The notes beneath the pieces are model-generated. The model worked only from the letters and a program-made list of their open reading frames with translations. It was not told the origin of the DNA and ran no database searches. Below are positions 14,059 through 26,118 of a DNA stretch of 64,000 nt, piece by piece. Origin of the DNA: Eledone cirrhosa (Eukaryota); NCBI GenBank assembly GCA_964016885.1, contig OZ024746.1, forward strand, positions 53,816,001 to 53,880,000. The letters run 5' to 3'. Every line of letters starts with the position of its first letter. Position 1 is the first letter of the stretch. A program made the translations under genes and the position numbers.

Positions 14059-14112
<54 letters not shown>

Positions 14113-14136
14113 AAATGGCTTCTACATGCTTCTACA

Positions 14137-14570
14137 TACGAGGTGTGTGAGAAAGATAACAGGACTTAGTGTGCTGTGTGATATATGAGTGGGGTAACGA
14201 TTAGCAGAATGTGTCACCGTGTGACGTAATATCCGGTATATAGAGACGATCTTAGCTTTCTGCAACCATTGTATATTTTTTCACATATTTTTGTCAACAG
14301 CTCCTCAAGTTTAGGCCGTGAAGCGATGGTCTTAGAGCAACGAAACAACCTGAAGTTTCTGGTTCGGCTGGGAATAACTCCGCCAGAAGTTGTTGGAATG
14401 CACGGACACTGGACGAATGCGTGCAGAACGGTTTCGTTATGGAAGTTATCCACAGTCTTCGGTTTGAAGGTCCTACGGAACAGACTGGTCAGTTCGATCT
14501 CGTCGACGCCCAGAACCTTTCCGAGAGCGTCGTCGCACCTTCTTAACAATGGAACCTGTCTCTTCCACAA
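14137..14570 (+). mobile_element. Internally deleted mariner-like transposon relic
   Basis: tacgaggtgtg...aaa TIR-like start; translation MVLEQRNNLKFLVRLGITPPEVVGM resembles the mariner transposase N-terminal HTH. Confidence 0.55.
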
Positions 14571-14899
14571 GAAATTAATGATAATAGGTGATCCTATTTA
14601 GTGAGGTGCGAATGGAGGCAAGGCACAACGGTCAGGCGGTATTAGATGCCAGACGTGATGTTTGCGTTCGCCACCTCCACCTGACTTTTCAGGGATAGCT
14701 TCCTCTCGACCCATTTTTTGGTGAGAGTGGCCACACTACTGGCTGTTTCAATTGATGAAATTGTAAGTACTTGAACATTTTCATATGTTAATTTGTCGTT
14801 AAAATAATTACATCGTCTTCATAGCTTAGGCTTCTGGCTGGGAATGTTGAATTACAATTAATCTAATACCTGTGCTCCAAATGATATCGATCTCACCCT

Positions 14900-14952
<53 letters not shown>

Positions 14953-14954
<2 letters not shown>

Positions 14955-15662
14955 GGCTGCGCAGGAGCAGGCCCTCAAAACGAAATGGTTGAAACACCAC
15001 ATTTACAAGGAGGAGGCTAGCCCACTGTGCAGGATCTGTGGAGAGAGAGAGGAGACTGTGGCTCACATTGTATCCGAGTGTAAACACCTAGCCCAGACTC
15101 ACTATAAGGGCTGGAGACATGATGTGATGGGCAGGGTGATCCACTGGCACCTATGCAAAGTAAACAATTTACCACATTCTGAGAAGTGGTATGAGCATAA
15201 GCCAAAGGCGGTGATAGAAAACGATCAGGTGAAGGTGCTGTGGGATTTTAGGATACAGACGGACAAGAAACTGGAACACAATAGACCTGACCTGGTGGTT
15301 TTGGACAAAGAAAAAAGATCATGCCTGATTGTGGATGTGGCCTGCCCATTCGACACGAGAGTGCAAGAGAAGGAGAGGGAGAAAATTAACCGATACCAGG
15401 ACTTAAAGTGGGAGGTAAAAAGGATCTGGAACTGCCATGAAGTCAAAGTGATCCCGATTGTCATAGGCGCACTAGGGACTATCTCAAAAAGTTTCCAGGG
15501 ATGGTTAAAGAAAATTGGCCCCTTCACGCTTTTTGGAACGCTTCAAAAGGCATGCTTGCTGGGAACAGCAAGAACCCTCCGATACGTCCTGAATATCTGA
15601 GGCTGCAAGTAGTGGCTTGATATTCATCTCAACAAACTTTCCAGTTAACTAACATCAATGAG
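14953..15662 (+). mobile_element. 5'-truncated R4/Dong-type non-LTR retrotransposon (CCHC finger + REL endonuclease; ORF remnant 14953-15600)
   Basis: AAQEQAL...CRICGEREETVAHIVSEC...RHD...LWDF...RPDLV...IVDVACP...GALG; flanked by (TAA)n on both sides. Confidence 0.9.
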
Positions 15663-15711
15663 TAATAACAATAATAATAATAATTATCATTATTATTACT
15701 ATTATTACTGT

Positions 15712-16299
15712 TGTTTGAGTCTCAGTCATTGATGTTATTTAACTGGAAAGTTTGTTGAAATGAATATCAAGCCGCTTCCTGCAGCCTCAGATATTCAGGA
15801 CGTATCGGAGGGTCCTTGCTGTTCCCAGCAAGCATACCCTTTGAAGTGTTCCAAAAAGCGGAGCTGGACTAATCTTCTTTAACCATCCCTGGAAACTCTT
15901 TGAGATAGTACCTAGTGCTCCTGTGACAATCGGGACGACCTTGATTTCATGGCAGTTCCAAATCCTTTTAAACTCCCACTTTAAATCCTGGTATCGGTTA
16001 ATTTTCTCCCTCTCCTTTTCTTGCACTCTCGTGTCAAATGAGCAGGCTACATCTATAATCAGGTACGATCTTTTTTCCTTGTCCAAAACCACCAGGTCAG
16101 GCCTATTGTGTTCTAATTTCTTGTCCGCCTGTATCCTAAAATCCCATAGCACCTTCACCTGATCGTTTTCTATCACCGTCTCTGGCTTATGCTCATACAA
16201 CTTCTCCGAATGTGGTAAATTGTTTACTTTGCATAGATGCCAGTGGATCACCTGCCTATCACACCATGTCTCCAGCCTTTATAGTGAGTCTGGGCTAGG
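15712..16299 (-). mobile_element. Second 5'-truncated copy of the same Dong-type element (ORF remnant 15787-16251)
   Basis: Near-identical protein (LWDFRIQADKKLEHNRPDL...LRYVLNI) and 3' UTR on the - strand; (TAA)n-type flanks. Confidence 0.9.
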
Positions 16300-16324
16300 T
16301 ATTATTATTATTATTATTGTTTTT

Positions 16325-17978
16325 ATTTTCTTTCATTATTGTTTCTGAGATATATGCCGAGTGTCTTCCCGACACCTAGGGTAAATAAATTGACAGTGTG
16401 CAATGGTAAGCCAGTTAATACAGCACATTGATTATAATAAAAAAACAACCTGCATACATATATACTCATGTGCATATGCATATGTAAATACAAGGATATA
16501 AATCTTACAGAGATAGTGCTCTTCTCAATACGTGTGCAGTACCAGTCAAAACAATCTTTTGCACCTCGTGCAGAGAGGGAAAACCAGGAATCATTCGCAA
16601 ATATTGTTCTGTCCCTTTCTTGATCATACCCAGTCCTTCCACAATCACTGGTATTGTAATGGCCTTGAGGTGCCACATTTTCTCAATTTCAATAAGCAGA
16701 TCTTTATATTTCGTAGCTTCTCAAACTCTTTTGCCGCGATATTGTGATCACATGGGATGCTCATATCTATCAACAAACAGACCTTGTTATGTTGATCTTT
16801 TATAATGATGTCAGGTCTATTTGCTTTTATGGTCCTGTCAGAATGTACAGGAAAGTCCCAGGGAATTGTTACTTTTTCTCCTTCAGTTACAGCCTCAGGG
16901 TGATGATTGTTCCACTTGTCTTCACCTTTGATTTTGTAATGCCGACATATTACCCAGTGTAGATATTGGCCAACTCTGTCATGTCTATATTTGTATTCTA
17001 CTGGTGCTAAAACTTTACATCCAGAGACTAAGTGATCCACTGTTTCAACACCAGCATTGCAGAATCGGCACTTTGGGTTTATTCTGATTCTCATCACATT
17101 GGCCTGGTAATTACGAGTCAATAAGCTTTGATCTTGGGCAGCTAAGATGAAGCCTTCACTCTCTGCCTTTAGCCCTGAACTACGTAGCCACTGATGGGTG
17201 TGCTTTTGGTCAACATCAGCTTGTTTGCTACGGGCCACATATTTGCCATGCAGAGGTTTCTGCTCCCAATTTGATGCTAATTGTCCTTGCCCTTTTGCTT
17301 TTGCCAGTGATTTTATGTGCCTAGCAGCATCAGTTGCATTAGTTTCTTTAGTCTGTCCAGCCTGGGTATCAAGCATGAAATCAGTAGCATATTTTTTGCT
17401 CTCCTTCAAGATAGAATGAAGTTTCTTACTTCTCTCATGCTTTTCAACAAGTTTCAGCATACAGTCGTTAGTTGTTTCAAGGTATTTGGCCAGTCCAATG
17501 ATGGTGGTCTTGTAGGCCAGTTCAAATTGGATCAGGCCACGGCCTCCCTGAGCTCTAGGAAGGTAAAGACGACCCACATCTGCTTTTGGGTGGTGCATCT
17601 TATTACAGGTCGGACTTTGGTGTGAATTCCTTTGATTTCACTCATATTCCAGTTCAACACACCGAAGCTATAAGTGACAACTGGGACTCCCAAGGAATTT
17701 ATGGCTAGCACCTTGTTACGAGCGTTTAGTTCTGATCTCAGAAGTGCACGCACTCTCCTGTAACATTCTTTCCTTATCCTCTCTTTCATACTTGCATGCT
17801 GTATGCCAGAGCGCTCATTAATCCCTAAGTATTTATAGGTTTGTTCCTGCTCAAGTTCCTTTATGATTGTTTCAGCATCCAATTCAACTGAGTCTAAGTT
17901 GACAAGCTTGCCCTTCTTGAAAGTGGCTTTTGCACACTTGTCAAGTTCAAACTCCATCCTGATGTCATCGCTAAACGT
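16325..17978 (-). mobile_element. Different R4/Dong-type LINE, 5'-truncated and frameshifted (RT C-terminus to REL)
   Basis: MEFELDKCA, YKYLG, RLYLPRAQGGRGL, LHGKY, AAQDQSL, CRFC..H..SGC, RHD, RPDIII, IDMSIP motifs; stop near 16505. Confidence 0.88.
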
Positions 17979-18218
17979 TTATTATTATTATTATTTTTAT
18001 TGAATGCTATGGTTGACGGAGGCTCGGCTCTGTAAGGTATTGTAAATTTTGAACGCTATAACAATTGTAAATTGTTTAAAACTTTAACGAACTTGTAGAC
18101 AAAAACACCCTCCTCCTCGTGAGAGGGGTCTTTCTGCCCGTTATTTGGCCCTTCGGGGTTAAATAACTGCTTATTGGGGTTTTGTACCCAATATTTATTT
18201 TAAACAAAAAAAAACAAC

Positions 18219-19985
18219 ATGGCTACGAAAAAGAAATTTCATAGGTCACTCTCAGTCATTCCGTCTTCTTCTTCCTCAATCATCACTACAGCAGAGAGAA
18301 GATTGTCTCTCTACCTCCCTTCTTTGAATGTGTCTTTCTCCCTCCCTTCTCTTTCGCAAGCGACGAAAGAAAAGAAAAGTCTCGTGCAAAGCGTGCAAGG
18401 TTTCTCCACGACGGCGACGACAGCGACGAAACAGGTCTGCGGGAAATACGAAAACCCCGTTCATTCGTCTGACGTCAGGAATAATAGCAGTAGCAGCCGT
18501 AATAACAACAGCAACAGTGACAATGAAAACAACAGTAGCAGCCGCAACAGCATCACCAGCAGCATAAACAACAACAGCATTAGCAGCAGCAACACCAACA
18601 ACAACCACAGCAACAGCGGCGGAGGCAGTAGTCGTAGTACCTGCAGCAACAACAAAAGTAACAGCAGCTCTGACGACGACAACAACAACAACAGCAGCAA
18701 AGAAAAACCAATCTCATTTGCAGGTATTGCGAAAAACTTGGAAACAATCCTCATAACAAATGAGGAATTAGAGGAAGCGAAGAAGATGGTGACAAAGACA
18801 GGACACCGAGCAATCTGCAAGGTAGCGGAAACATTTTTCGAAACCCAACAGCACTGTACGGTCACGTACCGTACAGTAAGTACAAAATCCCGTAGGGTGG
18901 AAAGAGCCACAGAGGCTCAAATACAAAATGCCTTAGGGTCTATGTGGTAGCGGAAAACGCACATCACCCGAGGAAAAAAATATGCCACCGTAGACGTACT
19001 TTTTGCCACACCCCAGGAGGCAAAGGCCCAATCCGTAGTGACCCTAAGGAGCGAGGAAATGGTGTTGGTGCCCTCCTACTGCGGGCAAAACATTGTGAGG
19101 GTTAAACTGACCCACATCCCCCCCGGGATGGCCCCTTCTTGGCTGGCCGCGTCTGTCCTCGTCGGAATCGAGGACAAAACAACTGTACTGCAAGTACAGA
19201 AAAAAGTAAGAGAAGATTGGGTCGGCACCTCAATTGAGATGCTAATCCAAACCAACCAGGAGTGCATCGAAGCTATCCCGGATGTGATAGACTTCGATAA
19301 CGGCACTCAACTGCCCATAAGTGTTGAGGGAAAACGCCTGAAATGCTTTCGCTGTGGATCGAAGACTCACCTCAGGGCCTTCTGCAACGAGAAGACCCCG
19401 AGAAAGGAGAACCCCCCCCCCCCTCCTTCCGAAACCGGCTCCACGGCTACCAGCAACAGGACAAGCGGCAACCAGGAACGATAGGTCCGTGGCACCCATA
19501 CCCACGCCACGGAAATCAAAAACAGCAGCAGCAGTGGAAATATCAACAACAACAACAGCAATACCAAATGCAGCTGCAACAGAGACTCCAGTGCAAACAT
19601 CACCAACAACAACAAGTGAAAGAGTGGAGCTGGTACCCTCCCCGACCTCACAGAATCAGACATGGAGTGTGAGGTGGGAGAGGGATGGCAAAAGGTCGTA
19701 AGAAGGCACAAACGCAGAAGCAGCGCATCGTCGCCTTTGAAAAGGGAGGAAAGAAATGAGAAAAGGGTAAAGTCTACTGCAAAGAGACCCACAGCAGCAA
19801 CACCACCAACACCATCACCACCCACACTAGCACCACCATCACCACCGGCGACAACCCCACCGCCAACAACACCTTCAACACCACCACCACAAGCATCAAC
19901 ATCGCAAACACAACAACAAAACACACCCACCCAGCAACAACGACAAGAAAATAGCAGAACCACACCCCACCCCCAGAAAAACTAA
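18219..19985 (+). pseudogene. LINE ORF1 (Gag-like, zinc knuckle), disrupted
   Basis: Pieces 18219-18950, 19038-19484, 19354-19701, 19662-19985; CFRCGSKTHLRAFC = CX2CX4HX4C. The stop at 18948 is CAG in copy 2. Confidence 0.8.
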
Positions 19986-20018
19986 TGCACGGCAATAAAT
20001 ACACACAACAAGAAACTA

Positions 20019-20327
20019 ATGACTTACATAATTGAACACACAGACATTTCACAACACGACTACATAATACCAGTACCAATCAAAACGCCAACTAACATAA
20101 GACTGCTAAAAATAGCACAGAAACAACACACAAACATTAAAACGAAATTCCCCAACGCAGTTGGTGATTTCAGGGACCTAGGAGGAACTATCAATCGAAG
20201 AGTATATTCAGACATTGTCATAGAAGAGCCGACGACCAGCCGAAGGGACGATTCAACGGTCCCTTCTCCAGACGATCAAGTGAAAAGGGATGTAAAAACC
20301 ATCCCTCCTCTACCAAAAGTACGGTAA
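20019..20327 (+). CDS. 102-aa ORF between ORF1 and ORF2 (unknown function)
   Basis: Same ATG, length and stop in copy 2 (29814-30122 -), with many synonymous differences. Confidence 0.6.
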   Translation: MTYIIEHTDISQHDYIIPVPIKTPTNIRLLKIAQKQHTNIKTKFPNAVGDFRDLGGTINRRVYSDIVIEEPTTSRRDDSTVPSPDDQVKRDVKTIPPLPKVR

Positions 20328-20362
20328 GTGGTCTTTCCCATCTTTTCCACTCTATTTTAAAC

Positions 20363-23300
20363 ATGACCTCACTCAGAATAGGCAGCATAAATGCGCGTGG
20401 CTTGGGGTCGTCATGGAAGCAGGGTCACCTGCTCAACGACCTCAGGTCACTAAACATAGATGTAGTGGCCATCAGCGAGACCAAAATCTCCGAAGCACGG
20501 GCCTTCACACCGATCTTCGGCGGCTACAATGTGTACGCATCTCCCAGCCGTCTTGGATCGGGTGGAGGAGTTGCTGTGCTTTTTCGGAGAGGTTTGGATC
20601 TCGCCATACGGGCCATCTTCCTGGACCCAGAGGGTAAGCTGGTGGTGCTGGACGTGACCAGCGGAGAAGGGCAAGCTTTCAGGCTAGTGGCCGTCTATGC
20701 CCCGACAGGAGCAGGGCGGCCTGATTTCTTCCGGCGTCTGGAGACCTTTCTTGGAACGTCCCGCTCTTTAGTGTTAGTGGGCGACTGGAACAGGATCTTA
20801 GATGCACGCTGGGACTGTGTGGGATTAGCGGATAGGGGTGGAGGGTGCAAGAGCCTCACCAACCTGCTCAGGCGTTTTGAACTGTCTGACAGGTACCGAT
20901 TGGATTTCCCGAATGTGCCAATGTGGACTTGGACAAATCGCATAGGGTCATCCAGATCATATCTAGATAGAGTAATTTGTAGGGAAGTAGATAGGTCTAG
21001 CATAGGCTGTCCACAATTCAAGATAGTCAGCTACACGGACCACAAATTCGTGATCTGTGTGCTTGACTTAGATAGGCTTCATAGACGAGGACCCGGCTAC
21101 TGGAAGCTAAACGCGTCCTTACCAGCGCACAAGGCCTACAGAGACCGGATTAGCGAACTAGTTAAGCGGGCGTTGACGGGGGCCATCGTCAACAACAGGT
21201 GGTGGTTTGCTCTGAAAAGAGCGATTAGAATAGAATCGATTAGGTTTAGTAAGGCTTTAGCAATAGAGAAAAATAGAGCAGAGGGAGAACTAGTTAGAAA
21301 ATTAGACGAGGCGCTTAGCAAAGGCATTGCGACCGACGTGCTTGCGGCGAAATTGGCCCTTGACCAATTCTTCAATGCAAAGCACGAAGGCTGCGTTGTC
21401 AGAGCAAGGGTGCGTGCTCTCAGATACGAGGGGACGAAAGCCGTTCAATGGGCCCGAGTGGCGGAGGCGCGTCGTGGCAACAAAGCCACGATCCGGTCTT
21501 TGGTGGACCACGACGGGCGCATGCTACTCGATCCCGGGAAAATGTGTGAAGCTTTTCAGCGACACTTCGCTCAGCTGTTCGGAGGCAGCGGTGGGCCGGG
21601 TCGAGGGATGGACTTTAGTGTCTACCTCGACGGACTGACGCGGCTCTTGGCCACTGAGGCGGAGTGTTGCGAAAAGCCGATAGCAGCCGCTGAAGTAAGG
21701 GAGGCAATGACTGGCTGCACAAGGGGTAAATCGCCTGGTTTGGATGGTCTGCCCTATGAACTTTACGTACAGATGCCAGACTTGTTCGGAGGCCTCTTGG
21801 CGGACGTCTACTGCAACTGGCAACAGAACGGGAGAATTCCCAGTTCTGTGAGCCGAGGAGCGGTGGCAGTGCTGAGAAAGGATCCAAACAAGGGGGATAA
21901 CATAGATAATTTCTAGCCCATAACTCTGCTAAACACAGAGTTCAAGATTTTGGCCAAGGAGCTAGCAAAGAGGTTGGCGCTTGTCGTTGGTGGTCTGGTG
22001 GGAGAGGCGCAGACATGAGCCATTCCCGACAGATCCATCCACGACAACCTCCACCTCATGCGATACATCATAGAGAGGGTAGCTAAGGAACCTGGCACGG
22101 GTGGGTCCTTGATCAATTTAGATCAGTCGAAAGCTTTCGATAGAGTCGACCATCGTTACCTAGCGGCAGTCCTGAGGGCGGCTGGCTTTGGTTCCGTCTT
22201 CAGAGGCTGGATCGCTGCCATGCACAGCGACATCTGCTCTGTGGTGAGAGTGAACGGTCACCTGTCGGAACCGTTCAACATCATGCGCTCGGTCCGCCAA
22301 GGATGTCCCCTCTCGTCCCTCTTGTACGTATTGACTCTCGAGCCATTACTGCACAAACTGGAGACGTTGAGGGGCGTGCCGCGCGAACTAGGATGCGGAA
22401 GATCCGTGTCAGCATATGCCGACGATGTCACCGTAGTTGTGTCGAACGCCAAACACATCGAGGCGATCGGCACTACACTAAGAGAATACGAAGCGGTGAC
22501 AGGAGCAATGATCAACCAGGAAAAGTCAGTGGGCCTGCAGCTCGGCACCTGGAGAGGCAGGTCCATGCCGTCCAACAGCGTCGTCGGGCGCTGGACGGAC
22601 GGACCGGTTAAATTGCTAGGGGTCTGGTTCGGTCCGGACCTCCAGACGGACAAAAACTGGGACGAGGTGACGAGCAGGGTGGCTTCTCTCACCCAGAAAT
22701 GAGCGGAGAGGAAGCTATCCCTGAAAGGTCGAGCGGAGGTGGCTAACGCGTACATCGCGTCTGTCATCTGCTACCGCCTGACCGTCGTACCTTGTCCTAA
22801 GCCTCGCCTGACTGCGCTAGAGCGTTTGCTCTTTCGCTTTTTGTGGAAGGGACGTGCTCCGATGGTCAGGCGGTCCATCTGTTGTCAACACCCGCTACGT
22901 GGAGGGCTGGGCATGCCGTGGCTGATGATGCGCAGGCACGCGCTCAGGCTACGACATCTCCACCTCTTCCTCGACGGTGATCAGGTGTGGTCGCCGTTTG
23001 CTAGACACGTATTTCCCCAGCTCGTTTCCTTGACGGAGCTGCAGTCCTGGGTCAAGCGAAGACCGAGAGGGAGCGCCTGGAGACTGGAATGTCTTCAGGC
23101 GCTCACAGCCCTCGACCAATCGGGCAATGTGATCGGTGGAAACTCCACCTCGGCGTTCTATAGAGGATTAGTGGAGGGGAAGAGCGACGACGTACTTGGG
23201 GAAACTCTAGGCGTCGACGAAAATCAACTAGCCAATCTCTTCGGAAGAACTTTCGGGCCGGGGCTTATGGACAACTTCCAGAAATCCCTGGCCTGGCAGT

Positions 23301-23782
23301 GCTACCGAGGAACTTTGCCAGTTCGGGATAAACTCTACAGGCATGGAGGTGCCGTCAGCCGGGCATGTCCGAGATGCGCGCAGGGCGACGAAACCGTCCT
23401 GCACACACTCGTCCAGTGTCCGAAAATTGCTGACTTGTGGGTTTATGTCGAACACCTGCTGTCGCGTTTAGGACGGATCCGGCTATCATCTGAGTCCATC
23501 GTGAGGATTTCCCCGCCCTCCTCCTTTAGCCGGGAAGGGCAGGCAGTTTTTATCTGTCTGGTGGCCATGGTGAAAGAGATAGTATGGTGGACACGTTTGA
23601 AAGGGCTGAAGACGAGCACTTACCTCTTCGGTGATGCTCTGATTGACTTTTTCAAATTTCATTTGAAAAGGAAAATCAGAGTAGAGAGGGAAGTGCTCTC
23701 TTCCCAGCATTTTGTTGAAAGATGGGTGAGAGAAGCAAGAATGGCCCGAGTGAATGGGCCTACTCTGAGTATATATCTGTAA
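20363..23782 (+). pseudogene. LINE ORF2 (AP endonuclease + reverse transcriptase + CCHC finger), one frame with three nonsense codons
   Basis: SINARGL, VYAP, GDWN, YLDR, TDH; KSPGLDG, DQSKAFDRV, RQGCPLS, YADD; CPRC..ETVLH...C. Stops at ~21914, ~22017 and ~22700. Confidence 0.92.
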
Positions 23783-24043
23783 ATTAAAGGTAGAAAACTG
23801 GGAGAGGGCACTTGCCTTGGTGGTCAGGGTCATTGTGGCTTTTTACTGGGCTTTCTCCACAAATGTCCCTCCGAAGTCTCCCCCCTATTGGGGAATTTAT
23901 CATTGTTATTTTTTGTTACATCCTCTGTTTTTGTTTTTTTACACGCAGAAATGCCCATTTGTACCGTCCTGCATTGTCCTGCACTGTCCTTAATGTCTAC
24001 TTTATGTAAACCCTTGTGGTTAATAAAGAAATCATTATTATTA

Positions 24044-24074
<31 letters not shown>

Positions 24075-25554
24075 ACGATCTGAGTTCAAATCCCGCCGAG
24101 GTTGACTTTGCCTTTCTTCCTTACGGGGTCGATAAAATAAAGTACCAGTAATGCACCGGGTAATTGCTGCCCTTGTGCCTAAAGTAGAAGCAATTATTAT
24201 TATTAATATTATACACATATGTATGTATTTATACGCATATATATATATGCGTATATATATATATATATATGCATATATATTTAACTTCGAATTAATTTCA
24301 GCTTGACCGGAGGGTTTACACGCATTAAATAATTAGTGCACACAAGTAACACACATATACACACATATATATGTATGTGTGTGTGTGCATATTATTTAAT
24401 ATATGTAAAACTTATGGTCAATTCAAAGCCAATTCGAAGGTTGAATGAAAGTTATATATGTATGCATATAAATATGGGTATGAAATATCTATAAATATAT
24501 AGATATAATATATATATGTATGTGAATGCATATATGTATTTGTATATATGTGTTTATATGCATGTGTATATATGTATGTATATTTATATATACAAATATA
24601 TATACAAAGAGAGTGAGAGAGACAGTGAGAGTGAAAGAGGAAGAAAGAGAGAGAGAGAGAAGGAGAGGGAGAGAAAGAGAGAGAGGGGGGGGGAGAAAGA
24701 GAGAGAGAGAGAGAGAGATAGGAGATAGATAATTGTTTCTACTTTAGGCACAAGGCCAGCAATTACTCAGTGCATTACTGGTACTTTATTTTATCGACCC
24801 CGTAAGGATGAAAGGCAAAGTCAACCTCGGCGGGATTTGAACTCAGATCGTAAAGGTACGTAACTATGCTGGAAAGCATGGCGTCCGACTCTCTACCGAT
24901 ACTGCCAATCCACCGTAGATAATGATAATTAATGATAGATTGCGTTTTGTATAGAGAGTAGCAATAATATGGAGTAACGTTTAGAGGTTATTTATCTCTC
25001 TAAAATCAATGTATCTGCCCCAGATTCTCTCCTTATATATCCATCAATATAGACACTTGTTCTATGACTATGCACCCCCGGGACCCCAAATCGTTGTAAC
25101 ATTGGAATTCTAAACTCTATATATTTCATAAGTGATACTTTAACTTCTTGAAAAGATATTGGGATGTGTGGTGGTGGTGTTGGTGGTCGTGGTGGTGTTA
25201 GTGGTGGTGGCGTTGGTGGTAGTGTGGTTATGATGGTAGTAGTGGTGGTGGTGGTGGTGTTGGTGATGGTGGTGGTGGTGTTGGTGGTGGTGGTAGAATA
25301 TGTGTGTTTGTAACGAATGTACATTAATAGATATAATTGTTTATATATATATATATATATGTTATATATATGTCTGTGTGTGTGTGCGCATATGTGTGCG
25401 CACGTGTTTGTGAATATGTGTGCGTGTGTATGTTTGTGTGAATGCTTCTTATATATCTATATCAATATCGATACATGTATGTAAAAGTATATATATATAT
25501 ACATAAATCAACTGCCTTCTAGTTGAGAGATGTTTAGGTTACATCCCATTGTCT

Positions 25555-25612
<58 letters not shown>

Positions 25613-25795
25613 TGCGTGTGTGTGCGTGTGCGTGTCTGTGTGTACATACGTACATACAGGCACACCCACACAAAGGCACATACACAGAGATACATACATA
25701 TATAGACAGAGAAAAGTAGAAAGAGTCAGGTCTGTGTGTGAAGTGAAAAGATGTGTCAAGTGTCCTAGTTGAGGAAGAACAAGAATTAGAACACG

Positions 25796-25826
<31 letters not shown>

Positions 25827-26107
25827 TAACGATAATTATTATTTCTACTTTTGGCACAAGGCCGGCAATTATCCCAGTGCATTACTGGTACTTTATTTTA
25901 TCGACCTCGTAAGGATGAAAGGAAAAGTTAACCTCGGCGGGATTTGAACTCAGATCACAAAGGGCCGTACCTCTTTGCTGCAAATAATAATATAGTAATA
26001 ATTGTTTCTATTTTAGGCACAAGGCCAGCAATTAACCAGTACATTACTGGTACTTTATTTTATCGAGCCCGTAAGGATGAAAGGCAAAGTTAACCTCGGC
26101 GGGATTT
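24075..26107. mobile_element. SINE family A copies in the spacer between the LINEs: ~24075-24205 +, ~24729-24915 -, ~25834-25983 -, ~25998-26107 -
   Basis: Match to the family A core and tail. Confidence 0.85.
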
Positions 26108-26118
26108 ATAGTAATAAT

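Larger units (their letters stand above)
18001..24033 (+). mobile_element. Near full-length L1/Tx1-clade LINE, copy 1
   Basis: 5' UTR, ORF1 with CCHC knuckle, APE-RT-ZnF ORF2, AATAAA at 24022; (TTA)n on both flanks. Confidence 0.92.

Noticed and set aside
22010-22705. In-frame TGA codons in LINE ORF2 as selenocysteine or readthrough
   Set aside because: Copy 2 has TGC and TGG at these sites and a TAG is also present; ordinary nonsense mutations.
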